Shown here: positions 11,441 through 33,975 of the stretch, piece after piece
How the letters are laid out: every line of letters begins with the position of its first letter
How positions within the stretch are numbered: position 1 is the first letter of the stretch
DNA from: Podarcis tiliguerta
Taxonomy: Eukaryota
Assembly: GCA_965153285.1 (NCBI GenBank)
Contig: OZ229115.1
Reading direction: 5' to 3' (one strand)
DNA: 64,000 bases
Notes under the pieces: generated by a model
What the model was told of the DNA's origin: nothing
Databases searched by the model: none
Seen by the model: only the letters and a program-made list of their open reading frames with translations
Position numbers and translations under genes: made by a program

Positions 11441-13723
11441 TTGTACAGAAACCAGTCATCTTTGTCTGACAATGAGCATCGTTGTAAATATTGAAATGAC
11501 GGCTCAATGTATGTGATAAAAGGAGAGGAAAGAAACAGGTTTATACAAATGCACAAATTGCACAGCCCTCACTTGTGGAGGGAAGTCACTTTTATTGGCT
11601 TATGATCAGAATGAAGATTTTTATGCAGTAGGATTTAATGATCAGTAACTTAGCAATCATGTTTGCACTTCAGGAAGCAATTTGTTCTGATCTGTCCTGG
11701 GTTTTACATGTCCTTAATTGCACCTGTGTTGGCTTCTGTTGAAGCCTTGTATATATTTGATTGGCAGAGAAATGTGATGTCAAGAAAAACTTGAAAATGG
11801 ACTGTTTCTTTCTGTGTCCAGAACACTAGGTGGGAGAACAGCTTTCAACTGGAAAATCAGTAGCTTAAAAATGAATTTTCATATAGAGGTGAAATGTTTT
11901 TTAAAGTGCTTTTTAATGAGCTTCACAAGAATTCAGAACAAATTCATTGCAACAATTGTTCTTCATTGGAAGAATCTACAAACTAATTTTTGAATTGGTG
12001 GAGGGCATTCTTAACTACCTACAGTGCACATTGCACAAAATCAGCACAATATTAAATCATGTCACATGTTAGCTTTTCTTTAACCATTATTTAGTATCAA
12101 TGTGTCTTTCTTGAATGTTGGAAGTTTTTTTATCATCAGTCTGAGCCTGAGGGAGATTAAATTATTTTGCCCTGGCGGTGCTGTCCTTCTTATGTAAAAA
12201 AATCATTCAAACTTGCCCTTCTGGTACTTGGAATGAAGAAGGATGAATAATCTATTATTTGATCCATAAACCAAGTACCTCATCTTCTGTTTTACTAGGT
12301 GGGTATATTCTCTTACTCTTTTGTAGTAAAGTTTGCCAGTTCTGGTTTTGAATCTTTTTGACAGAGCCGTGGGACTTTATTGACATTTCTCTCAATAAAA
12401 GAATATTTAAAAATTTAAAAGCTCCTGAGTTTGCATTTATTGGGCACAAACTGCTCAGGTGCTATTGGAGGCTATGGTGGCATGCCTCCATTTTATAATT
12501 ATATATGTGCATGTTAACAAATTCTCATTTCATGCTCCGTAGGGTTTAGCGCTGACACTGTTAAGCACATAACATATATTCCTGGGTTCTGAAGCTGCCC
12601 ATAACATGGATGGTATATCAGTGAGGCTGTTAACTCTGGTTAAGGATTGGTTTACATGCTTCAGCAGCAGAGCTGACAACTGCAGTAGATCTCTTTCTTG
12701 TACATGAGATCACATTGTATGGGTAGCAGTTGTGTAACAATGTATGGTCCCCCAAGAACCACTGATGTCTGCCAAAGTCAGCCTGCTTCTAGGGTTTTCT
12801 TGCTTTGCTGCACATGTATGTCAGGCTTCTGCATTCACATTATGCAAGCGTGGAAGCTGAGGTCAAATACAGAATTCAGTACCTTGGGATTAATTTTAAA
12901 GAAATCAAGTTCCTAGTACTTTAAGGTCCAGAAAGAAGATAAAAACAGGTAAACAGGTAAACCAATCAGTGTGAAAGTGAATTGAGCACAACTTGTGATA
13001 GAGAATATAAAATTGTTTATTTTCTTCTTAACCATCAGCTAAAATGGGACAGTTTAAAGAAATGTCTAAAGCTACTGAATTTTGTAATGTACAAACCCAT
13101 GGTGATGCTCCAGCCATGTCCTCAGAGTGTCCACATCCACAGTCTGAGAATGGGTTTAGTTCAACTTCATTCATTTGTCATGTGATTGTGTGTCATGTCT
13201 GCCTTCTCTGCTAACACTAGTTTGAAAGTTGTCTCAGCCAAATGGGATGGCATTTCCAAGCTGTTTACGCAGCAGCACCGTCCAGATGGCAAGAAGCTGA
13301 GGATACTATTTGTTGTAGAAGTTGCTGCAGGGACTATGAATTGGTTCCTTTTTGGTGTGTACACATTGACTGAAGAAGCAGAGTTTAAACATATTAGTTG
13401 ATCTGGTGATATCAGCCTAGGTGCTTGAAACGTTGAACTTCCTGTTGTGCTGAGAACCAAGCTTCACTTGGACCTGAACATCTAGTCCATGCGCTAAACT
13501 GCCAATCCAGCTGCAAAACAAAGGAAGTCAACCAGATTCTGGAGCATACCACTGCTGGCGATCTGACTCTGGGCAGGAAAAAGCTGCAAAGCAAGAAGAG
13601 CCTTGCCCAGTGTGAATCTCTGCTGTGTCAAAGCTATCCTGGAGCTCTTCAGTTGGCCAATGAGCCCAGAGGGGAAATGTTACTGGTCTCAGAATTAAAT
13701 GAAAAACTCGAAACTTTGCTGGA

Positions 13724-24156
<10,433 letters not shown>

Positions 24157-25179
24157 GTTCTTTAAGTGTGCCAGCTCCTTGGCAGCTTCACCTATACAAT
24201 TGCAGTTTCCTTCCAAAAACAGGATGAGAGAGTAAATGAAGGTGAAGAGGCAATTCAGAATGTTTAAACTCCAGCCAGAAGCCTTGGTCCCCCGAAAACA
24301 GAAATCAGGACGAAGGGATCTTAATTCAGTGGTATTCTTTTTCTCCTTTTAAAAATCCAGAACAGCTCTGAAGAAGTTTCCTTCCAATAATCCACTGTTG
24401 CCTTGAAGGGATTCTCTTAATAACTTGTGATTTTTCTCACTTTAGTAATTATTGCCTTGGACAAGTCACTTGTGATACCATGCTACTGTCTTGGAGGAGA
24501 TTCCTTCTAATGATGTTTCGCTGTCTTGCAGGTGTTTCTTTTAAAGAAGCTGGTACTTTCTTGAAGAATTGCTTTTCTAACACACCTTCCTGGCCTTCCT
24601 TTCTTCTGATAATCTGGCACTGCCTTAAAAAATAATTATTCTTTTTTTTAAAAAAATAGTTCTGTGTTCCTTGCAGGATTTACCTCCTGGCAATCATCAT
24701 TGTGGAGTAACAGGCTAAGTTTCTGCAATAGCTATAGGTTTTCTACCAAGAGGGGGGAAAGGCACGGGTGATGATCTCTCTAGCTCAAATAATTTTACTG
24801 AAGTTCTCTGAGGTTGTGCTCCTATGAAAAATCCATCAGGGCAATATTTTGAGGCCAAAGTCCATCTACTTGATATGTGCTGGGGGTGGAGGGAACCTTC
24901 CCTCCAAGAATTTGTTATATTAATGCCATGTATGTGAAGGCAGCTGCTCTGAGATTACGTAAAGATGGGCCCTCCCTCTTCAGATCTGCGCATACAAATG
25001 CTGGATCACATTAGACACCACCCCACCACCAGGGAGGAAGAAAGAAAGACTATGGCTGCTGGTTTTAAATTAACAGGTTTGAAATAATACTGACATTATC
25101 ACTTCTAAGCTTTCCTGACCTTACTAGATTAAGAGAATATATTCCTCTGAAAAGCTTCTGTTAAAATTACAGCATTAGC

Positions 25180-25205
25180 CACACACACACACACACACAC
25201 ACACG
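25180..25205. repeat. (CA)n microsatellite
   Basis: Direct inspection. Confidence 0.9.
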
Positions 25206-28200
25206 TAAATGCAAGAGGTTCAGGATCTCATAACAATTGAACTCATCCCACTGTAGATACAGGAGACCTGAGACATACCTCTGCAAATCCCACTAAAGCC
25301 CTTAAGTACTGTGCTTGCTTTACATATCCCAAGACAGGGTTGGGTATACACTGTGTATGCTGGGCCAAATCCTCATGGTGCTCTCTTGCTTTGCCTAGTG
25401 AAAACCATGACAACCAGGTTCAAGCCGATTCAGATGGCAGGCATGTGCGATGGCTACAAAGGAGGTGTTTCTGCCACACAAGTTTGTGTTTCCTTTCTCT
25501 AAATCCCAGTGGGCTGCTGCTGTCACTCTCCTTCTTTCCAATAAGAAGCAGAGGCGACTGAACCCCAGCTTGGGGGCCTCTCGCTAAGCAGAAAAGAAAA
25601 CTGTCCAGTAGTTTAGTTTGGGGCACAACAGTTTTTGTTAAGGTTAAACTCTTGAATGAACGTCTTGGAGACAGTTCACATGATCAAACAATCTGTTCTA
25701 TATGTGGCAGGCAGGAAAGGTCAGTGTGCAATGCCAAGTGGCCAAGCGATTATTCCATTGTCCTGCCAGACTGAGACTGCCTGTAGTGTGCAGTTTACCC
25801 AAGCCCACAGCTCATCCTTGGATTAAAAACAAAGGGAAACCACAAAACTGGTGTTGTGCTGTGTTTTTCGTATATAACATGTCGTTGATGCAGTTAACAG
25901 TGCATTAGAGGTGGATTCATACTGGACTGTCCAAATTTCATTCTGCTTCATTCTGCAATGCTTCCTCAGCATTACTGACTTGTTACCTAATTATAGCCAT
26001 CTGGAGGGGGGCACACTTGAGCTACAGCACAATGAAGGTGGAACATACACACACACAGCATGGGATGAAAAATTACATGACTTCAGCAAGAAGCTATGCA
26101 CTGATTGGAAACCTAGCTGTTTGTTTACTCCCAAAACTTTTGCAAGCATGAATGGTATTGGAATGACGCAACTGTCCCGATACCACCATAAGCACAAATT
26201 CTCCTGAACGCACAATAAAAAGGACACTTGGAGAGGCCCAAAGGCTTCCATGTGGCTAAGGAATCTCCTTGTCAAGTGGGGAGGTGCAATGCCAGCTCCA
26301 CATCTCAGGTACAATGTGCAGTTAAACCACGAATCAACAGCCTGTGTGACTTATTTGGCAATTTTTATGCAGTTTCTTTACTCCCTGTTGAAGTTTGCAT
26401 AGAATCAGCATCTTAATATTCAAGCAGCACCTCATTGCTAGGGATAAAAGTAGCGTCCATCACAGATCCAGTAATTCCACCCTGTTTACAGCATGATCTG
26501 ATTATTTTTATTTGCAACTTATATTGTTAGAATCATCATGCAATCAATATAGTGATCATGCTATCAATAAATTTATGAACACGCACTTGCTATGGGAGCA
26601 TGACATTCTTAAGACTACTACATCCTTTCCGAAGCTGTCACCCAAACGCGGCAGACATTGGTCCATTAGGCCATACAGGGCACTGCTCCAGCCAACCTCA
26701 GTCTGCCATCAGCCAGGCCCCACCTGCCCGCCTTCTTACTTACAACCAGCCAGAAGGCAGCTCTGTTGTCATTGGCTCTATTCCATCTAATGTTGGTCTT
26801 CCTGCCTTCTGCCCTACCAGCCCCAATGAGCACAAGCTACCACTGTCCAAACATTGTTCCATTTCTACACCACAAGCATAACACAAGTGTAGTATGCATG
26901 CAGACCAGCAGAATGAAAATAAAGTCGGATCCAGGATTTATGGGCTGGACAGGTGGCTCCTGAGAAGCCTCGTTTTAATTCATTTCTAAGCTTTTATGCG
27001 TCAGATTCACTTTTCTCAAAGCTTCCCTTCTACTGCCACCTTCTGGCTGACATGCTGGGACAAGTTAACCAGACCTTGTTCATTTCACAATACTGTATTC
27101 TTTACAGGATTCTAGTGGTGTACTGGAAAAAAATGAAGTACAGGAGATCATCAGGACAGTCCCCATAGCAATATCCTAAAGGAGAGTCCAAAATGTTGGT
27201 GCAAAAGAGGGGGGGGGGGGATTAAAGGATGCCAAGATCCAAGTTTGGAGCAAGTACTCTTTGGTGAGAGAACCCCAGCAGAGATTTAAAATCACAAAAT
27301 ATGCAGCAAAGTAAAGCATGGAGATATAGGCTGTTAGACCTTTAAAATATACCCTTGTAAGTTCTAAAACTTCCCACTTCCCTCAGCATAGGAAAAAGCC
27401 ATGTTTGGTAAATAAAAAATTGGTTTACTTACGAATTCTTCAAAGGTTAAGTCCATGTATTTTTTCATACTGTACATCAGTCAGAAAAGTTGTACAGGCA
27501 GGAAAAATTGGCTTAGTCAAAATGGAGAAAGTTCCTAAATTATTGCTACAAGAACTCAAGAATGGCTTGTGAGAGCAATGTGACTAAGCTGGAGCAATCA
27601 TCTTAGCCTCCTCACAAGCTGAGCTTCTTAAGTAGACTGGAAGGGGAATCAAGTCTTGATTACTAGTCCCTCCCAAGGTGAGCTAAGCCTGGCAGGACAG
27701 CTTACTCTATGGTATTAAGCCCTTCATGCATTAATTTGACTTAAGAATGCTGGTTATATGAGGTTGGTTATCCCACAAAAAAATGCAAGCAACTGTATTA
27801 ATCCATTATCTATAGACATACACACACACAAACACCACATAATGTTCTATTGATTAGGCTCATAATCCTTTGCATAGTTTACCTATTGAACTCAGATGAT
27901 TACTTCTTATCAGGTCAATTTGTAAAATATAGTGAGCTTTAACCAAAGATATTTTATTAGGAATGCAAGCCATCTTGCAAAGATATGTTTCCATTTAAAC
28001 TGATACCATGAAGTAGGAAACCCCATCAAAGGAAAGAAGAAGCCAGTTTCTGCTTAGCTATTTCCTCCTATTCCCTGAATTTCTTTATGGGAATATATCC
28101 AGAATAACAAACACAGGTTGCTATTATGAAATCCTTCAGTAGGCTTTTAAGAATCAGTTGCTCATTAGCCTTTTTGACACAGGTGAAGATAGTAAATTCA

Positions 28201-29054
28201 GTAAATGGTAGCTCATGTTCTAATACAATTGTCTCCTGCACTTGTTTGAATTTCTCTTAAAACAACAACTGTGTTCCATTGCTGCTGCTTTGGTGTGTTC
28301 TAAAATAGTAAATGAAATACTGATGCTCCCCCCTCTGCTTTTTGGCTGCCTTTATCTAACTGCCATGGGGAGAGGAAAGAAGAGGGAGGGGAAGTTCCAA
28401 TGAGCGTAATGGGGCTTACTCACAGGTAAACAGGTAAAGGATGGCAGCCACAGGGTTCATGTGCCTTTAACAGCTGTATGGCAGACAGAAATTCAACAGG
28501 TTAAGCATTTTCTAGTATGGAAACACATACATGGCTTCACCATGATTGCGCCCTCCCTAATTTTGTGTTGTGGCATGTCTCCCATGGCAGATATGTTGTG
28601 AGAATTAGAGAATAGAGGGACTGTCATCCATCAGACTAAAAGTGACAGGTGCTGTTGCCCTCTTTTCAGTGTAAGTTCTATCTCCTTTTTGGATCACTTC
28701 AGGATTCCCCATTAAAATGCTACTTTTAGGGTAGTGCCCTTAAATGTTGTTTCGGGTGGTTTGTGATCCTGCTGTACATTCATCTCAGTGACTTGGACCA
28801 TACCGAATGAGTGCTGAGTCTCCTCAACCTTTAGCATGACTCTGGAAGCAATGACACAAAAGGCTGTTTTGGGGTATCATGATTGGCTCGGTGCCCCCGA
28901 TCTGAAGAAACAGGCTTAAAGTCCCCCTGGTTCAGTCCTTCTATTATTCTGTTGTGCTATGCCATGCTCCTATGGCAGCCATTTTGTGTTATGCTACACC
29001 TCCATGGCAGCCATTTTGTGACTGGCACCCACAGCCTGCCCTCAAAATTCAAAA

Positions 29055-29303
29055 TACAGTGTTACCTCGGGTTATGTATGCTTCAGGTTACATACGCTTC
29101 AGGTTACAGGCTCCACTAACCCAGAAATAGTACCTCGGGTTAAGAACTTTGCTTCAGGATGAGAACAGAAATTATGCTCCAGCGGCACGGCGGCAGCTGC
29201 AGGAGGCCCCATTGGCTAAAGTGGTGCTTCAGGTTAAGAACACTTTCAAGTTAAGAACGGACCTCCGGAACGAATTAAGTACTTAACCCGAGGTACCACT
29301 GTA
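29055..29303. mobile_element. Tc1/mariner-type MITE, family A
   Basis: TACAGTGTTACCTCGGGTT ... AACCCGAGGTACCACTGTA; near-identical to copies at 41070 and 51485. Confidence 0.87.
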
Positions 29304-31239
29304 TGCCCCTGGTCCAGAAAGGTTGATGACACCTGCCACACTCCAACTATTTTCTCTGCCCACCCCCTCTTATTTTCCCCCATAGTGTATTATGTTTGGG
29401 GAAAGGAAAATAAGCAGCAAGTGTGACAGGGAAGGAAGGACCTTTTAGTTTAGCTTTTTGAAAAACAAGAAAATGCCTAAATACATTTGATTTAAAATAA
29501 TAATAACCACCTGTTATTCTGGTTTCTGTCTGTTACTCGTGCAGTGCTTCCAGTATGTTGCACCTTCCTGTCTTTAGGAGAATTCCAGGCATGCTTCTGT
29601 TTTGTAGAAGCCATTTAGCAGCCATTAACTTCTCTGGAGGAAAGTGCAGGCAGAAGAAGCACAGGCTGACAGCTCCTTTGTCTGCAGACCAGATTTGCTG
29701 GTAATTTTTGACAATGCAACTCTCTCTCTCATTAGAGTGCTAACATGACAGTTACTCATGGAGAAAGTCAAGACTTTTTTGTTGCAAAAAATAAAACAAA
29801 AACAGACTATAGACACAAAGAAACAATTTCTAGCCTTTCCAAACACTGGCCTTCTTATATGTGAAAAAGCATTTCTAAAATTGTTTCTAAAAACAAACTG
29901 TTCAATACTATAGACCCTGTATTGCTGATGGACAAGGAAAGGGGAGGTTGTGATATATTATGTACATACGATGGGAGCTGGGAGGCAAATATTGAAAATG
30001 TGGCTTACTACAACCCTGCAATGTCTTCCGTATATCCCCATATTGCAGGTGGATAGAAAAAGCTGCAGCCAAGTAACTGATGATGATGTAATGCTATCTG
30101 CCATTTATATGCCCACATAGCAGAATGGAGTGGGAATTATAACCGTTGTGTATCATGAACACTGCATTTCAGATGGATGCTAAGGTTGACAGGCAATGGC
30201 TCATAATAGCTCTCTAATAAACAATCCTAAGAACTGCCCCCTATTCAGCCTCTTATTGGTGAATTAAAACATCCGACATGCCCCTTTCATTGCCGTACTA
30301 CAGAGTACACAGGTATTGCCAAGATGCAGGAAGTTATGTAGGATACACAGATATTTCAAATAAACTCATTTCGTCACACAGTTATGCTGGAAACAGACAC
30401 CACAGCAAAATATATCCTTCAAAAAGCAAAACATATAGTATGGGGAAATTTAGCTAAATTTGCTGCCTCCTTTGCTTCCCAACCTAAAGCTCAATTGAAC
30501 ACAGACATGCTGGGCTCAGTTCACAAACATGAGACTGCACCAACCTGTTGACCTCCAGATATTTTGGACTACAATTCCCATCAACTGCAGCCAGCATGTT
30601 GTATGAAGCATCACACACGCTGTGCTCTTAGCAGTCTTATCCTATAAATGGAGAGCCTAAAACAGGAAACCAGGGAATATGTGTTACCCTAGACTTTTCC
30701 TATCCTCATGGGTTGTACTTGGGGAACACGGGGATAAGATGTGAGGCTGGTGATGCACCCCCAGAACAGTGTCCTCAAACGCAGGGCTTTTTCCCCCACC
30801 CATGGCTTTAACGACACTGCAGAGAATCATTGAGGTTCTTTTTAATTCAGACACCCCCATTGCATCATTTTTCTAGCTTTGCAACAACATGCAGAGGGAA
30901 TAGTGTTTCTCTACCTGCACAGCTTTTGGATATACAGCATAGCATTTTACCATCCTTTACATCTGAACTTTTTGCACCACGTTACCCACTTGAGAGTTAT
31001 GATGCCTCTAGTTACTTGCTTTTGCAGAAACAAACATGACTCTCTGCTAACTCCAGCTACCCAATGCAGGGGTACTTTCCTCCCATCTGCAAAGCTCTGC
31101 CAGCTTGTTCTGGCTCTAGGGAAACCGGCTCAGGGCTGAGGTGTCATAAGTGGAACCAAGTATGACCCCCCCCCCCCCATGGTTGAGATGCATGCTAGCT
31201 TTTACTAGCTTTGAATATGGCGCAACTCCCTTGTCTGGG

Positions 31240-32150
31240 GTCATCTGTCCTCGGGTTTTATGGCGTCGAGAGCTTCCACCTCAGCAAAGGAGCAGCTGTA
31301 AAAGCCTCGGTGATGATGGGGGCTACGGAAAAATAAACTAGGGCAAAGGCGACGTCTCTCCAGAGGCCGAGACTCCCACCCACCGCTGGCTCCGCCTCGG
31401 AGTGGGAAAAGGAGAACTGGGGAGATCCGTCGGAAGAACGAGGTGGGCAACCCCTAACTCAGTCGGGTAAGGGAGGTTCGCCTCCACCCAGTCGGGCTAA
31501 GGTAGGTGAGGGACCAGCAGGATCTGGGGTGACCTGTGCAAGCCCCGCGCCGACCCCCCCCCCCCGGCTGAGCAGCCCAGTAGTGTGGCCTGGCCAAAAG
31601 ACCCCGCCTGAGCAACTGCCTGCCACGAGGGGGCCGCTCTCCTCTCGGATTGGCACCCGTTTCCCCACGATTGCTGGGGTACGGGCTGAAGTTTCCTCCA
31701 GTCGTAGGTAAAAGAGCACTTGCAAAAGAGAAAAGTCCCCCTGTGCAAACTTGCACATCGCGACACGCCCCCCTCCGCTTGCGTTTCTGGCTCCTTTTTA
31801 GCACTAGCACGAGGATTTCCCCATCGCCCAGTCCAGTCTGTCTCTGCATTCCCGCCGCAAGGGGGACTTTCCTTCCCAAGTTCCGGGATGTAGTTCCGTC
31901 TGTTTGCACAGCGAAATGCTTTCTATGCAATTATCTGGCCGCGCTTGGGGACTGTTTGATGTGGGATGTGTGGTAGTGGATCCGCTGCTTTTGAGTGTTG
32001 TGCTTGGTTCTTGATCGTATCCTTTCCGACCCTGCTTATTTTGATGGTAAAGATGCCATTCTTGTTTTGGGATCTGATCCGGCAGCTTTGCTAGTGTTTG
32101 TGTTTCTGAGATTCTAGCATTGGGCGGCGGGGAGTCTGAGTGACACACTG
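31240..32150. promoter_or_regulatory. CpG island; likely promoter and non-coding exon 1 of the TMEM205-like gene, possibly shared with FAM151A
   Basis: GC- and CpG-rich against a CpG-poor background; + strand donors cgg|gtaagg (about 31467) and aag|gtaggt (about 31502); GC boxes, ETS-like cggaag, kB motifs. Confidence 0.7.
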
Positions 32151-33875
32151 AAAAACGCACCAGTGCAACATTATTCATCGGTGGTAAGAAAAGTTTTGTT
32201 TTGAAGTTAATATTTCAACTTGCTAGTCGCTGAAAACCCGTTTGAAATGTCTTTGGCCACCCACTCGGCTGCAGCACCTGCTATTCTTTCAGACTGAGGG
32301 TACTGTGACAGTACCGCTATACTAAGGGAAACCAAAGAGTGCAATTTATAATCGTGGGATTCCTTTATGCAGAGTTCTTGCTCATGTACTCCTAATTGCA
32401 ATTTATCTGAGAATCCCTTGGGGAATACAGTATTTGTCTTTTACTAGCCTCCAAGTTTCCCTTTTGTGTTGCAGGGTGAAGGGATGAGGAAGACAAGTGT
32501 CAGTTTATGTGTTTCTCTGAAAGTAAACTGCTCATCTTGAGGTACTTAGAAGTTTAAGGAGTGGAAAAAACCTGTTACTCTCCTAGTTTGCTTTTCCTAT
32601 ATTATATGCAGTATTCTGTTCAGATCAGGATGTGCGTTACCCTGCTGAAAATATTTTACTGCTTGGAATAAGGAGCATGTTGCTGCAATCCATAACAATT
32701 TAAGAGTCACTTCCCATGAAGCCTCTCAAAGCAGTTTCATAATGCAATAAAAACCATATAAAACCATTTAAAATAAATTCAGGTATGGACTCTTTTGTTA
32801 TAGCAAGTGGCTTTGATGAGCAACTATTAGTCGGGATCTACATTTATAGTTGATTCTCCACCTGAGGGTCTGTAACAGCAAGTGTATTTTTGGTAGGTGA
32901 TTGGAGGGTGACCAGGTGGGATGGCTGCGGGACCTGCTACAGACAATTACTGATTTTTTTTTCATTCCTGCTTGTGGGTTTCTAGATACTAATGATGTAG
33001 GAGTTTGAGTTTCTGCTAGCCCACACCATTCTAATGGTTTTGGCCCATACCAAAATTTACATTATGCCCTTTGCATCCACTTTGTTACAGCACTCTGGAC
33101 ATTTAAAGAATTTCTCCATAATAATTGATGTGCCCCTCACATGGCAACCACCACACATGGAACATTTCCTCTAGCAGGGTTTTGTGACATTGGAAGTGGC
33201 CCTAATTTTTGGTAGGCTGGAATAATTGCTTTGACCTAAATCCAGACCTACTTTACCCAGCCTAAGCATTGACTGGGGTCAGAATTTACCTGAAGTAACA
33301 GAGAAGCTTCCCTCCACTGTAATTTGAAGACCATGGAATAAATGCTGGAAAAAATGAATAAAAAAGAAGTCTGTGTTCCAAGTCCTTAAGAATGCAACCC
33401 ACATCCCTCTGTAATCACTGGTTAAATGTTCATTGGCATTAATTGTTCCAGATGTTGCCCAAAGCCTTTAAAACCTGCACCTGGCTTTATGGTGGCATAT
33501 GGTGTGCTGACCTGGCCATCTTTTTATCAGTCTAGTCAAAAGGGGAGGTTATGAGCGCCACTGTTCACAGATGTCTCAGAATAGCTTTCTCTTGGAAGCA
33601 ATGGCTGAGAATTTTGTTAAGCGCTATTAGCTGGTCCATTTAAATTCAACTCCTTCACAGCAGCAATACAAAACATAAACCCCTAAGAAATGTGGTGTGA
33701 GAGAGAACACATGTGACAATTACACTTTAATTTTGAGGGGACAGGACAATTTTGACTACTTTGAAGCTAAAGTAACTTTCTTTTGCCTCTCAGTGTGTCT
33801 GAACAGGTAAAACGAGTGTCTCCCAAGTTGAAGTTTGGCCAAGGGAGTTGCAAGCAACTATCTTCTTGAAGTACC

Positions 33876-33975
33876 ATGTCCACAGATGCTGACCCCTCGA
33901 CCTTAGTGAAAGTGCTCCACTTGGTTTTCCTTTCAACTTTCTGGGGAATGCAGATCTGGGTGACTTTTATAGCCA
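33876..33975 (+). CDS. TMEM205-like first coding exon
   Basis: accATG TCC...GCC A|gtaggt; MSTDADPSTLVKVLHLVFLSTFWGMQIWVTFIA. Confidence 0.9.

Noticed and set aside
31241-32178. Cluster of ORFs up to 158 aa
   Set aside because: CpG-island composition; Gly/Arg/Pro-rich translations with no recognisable domain
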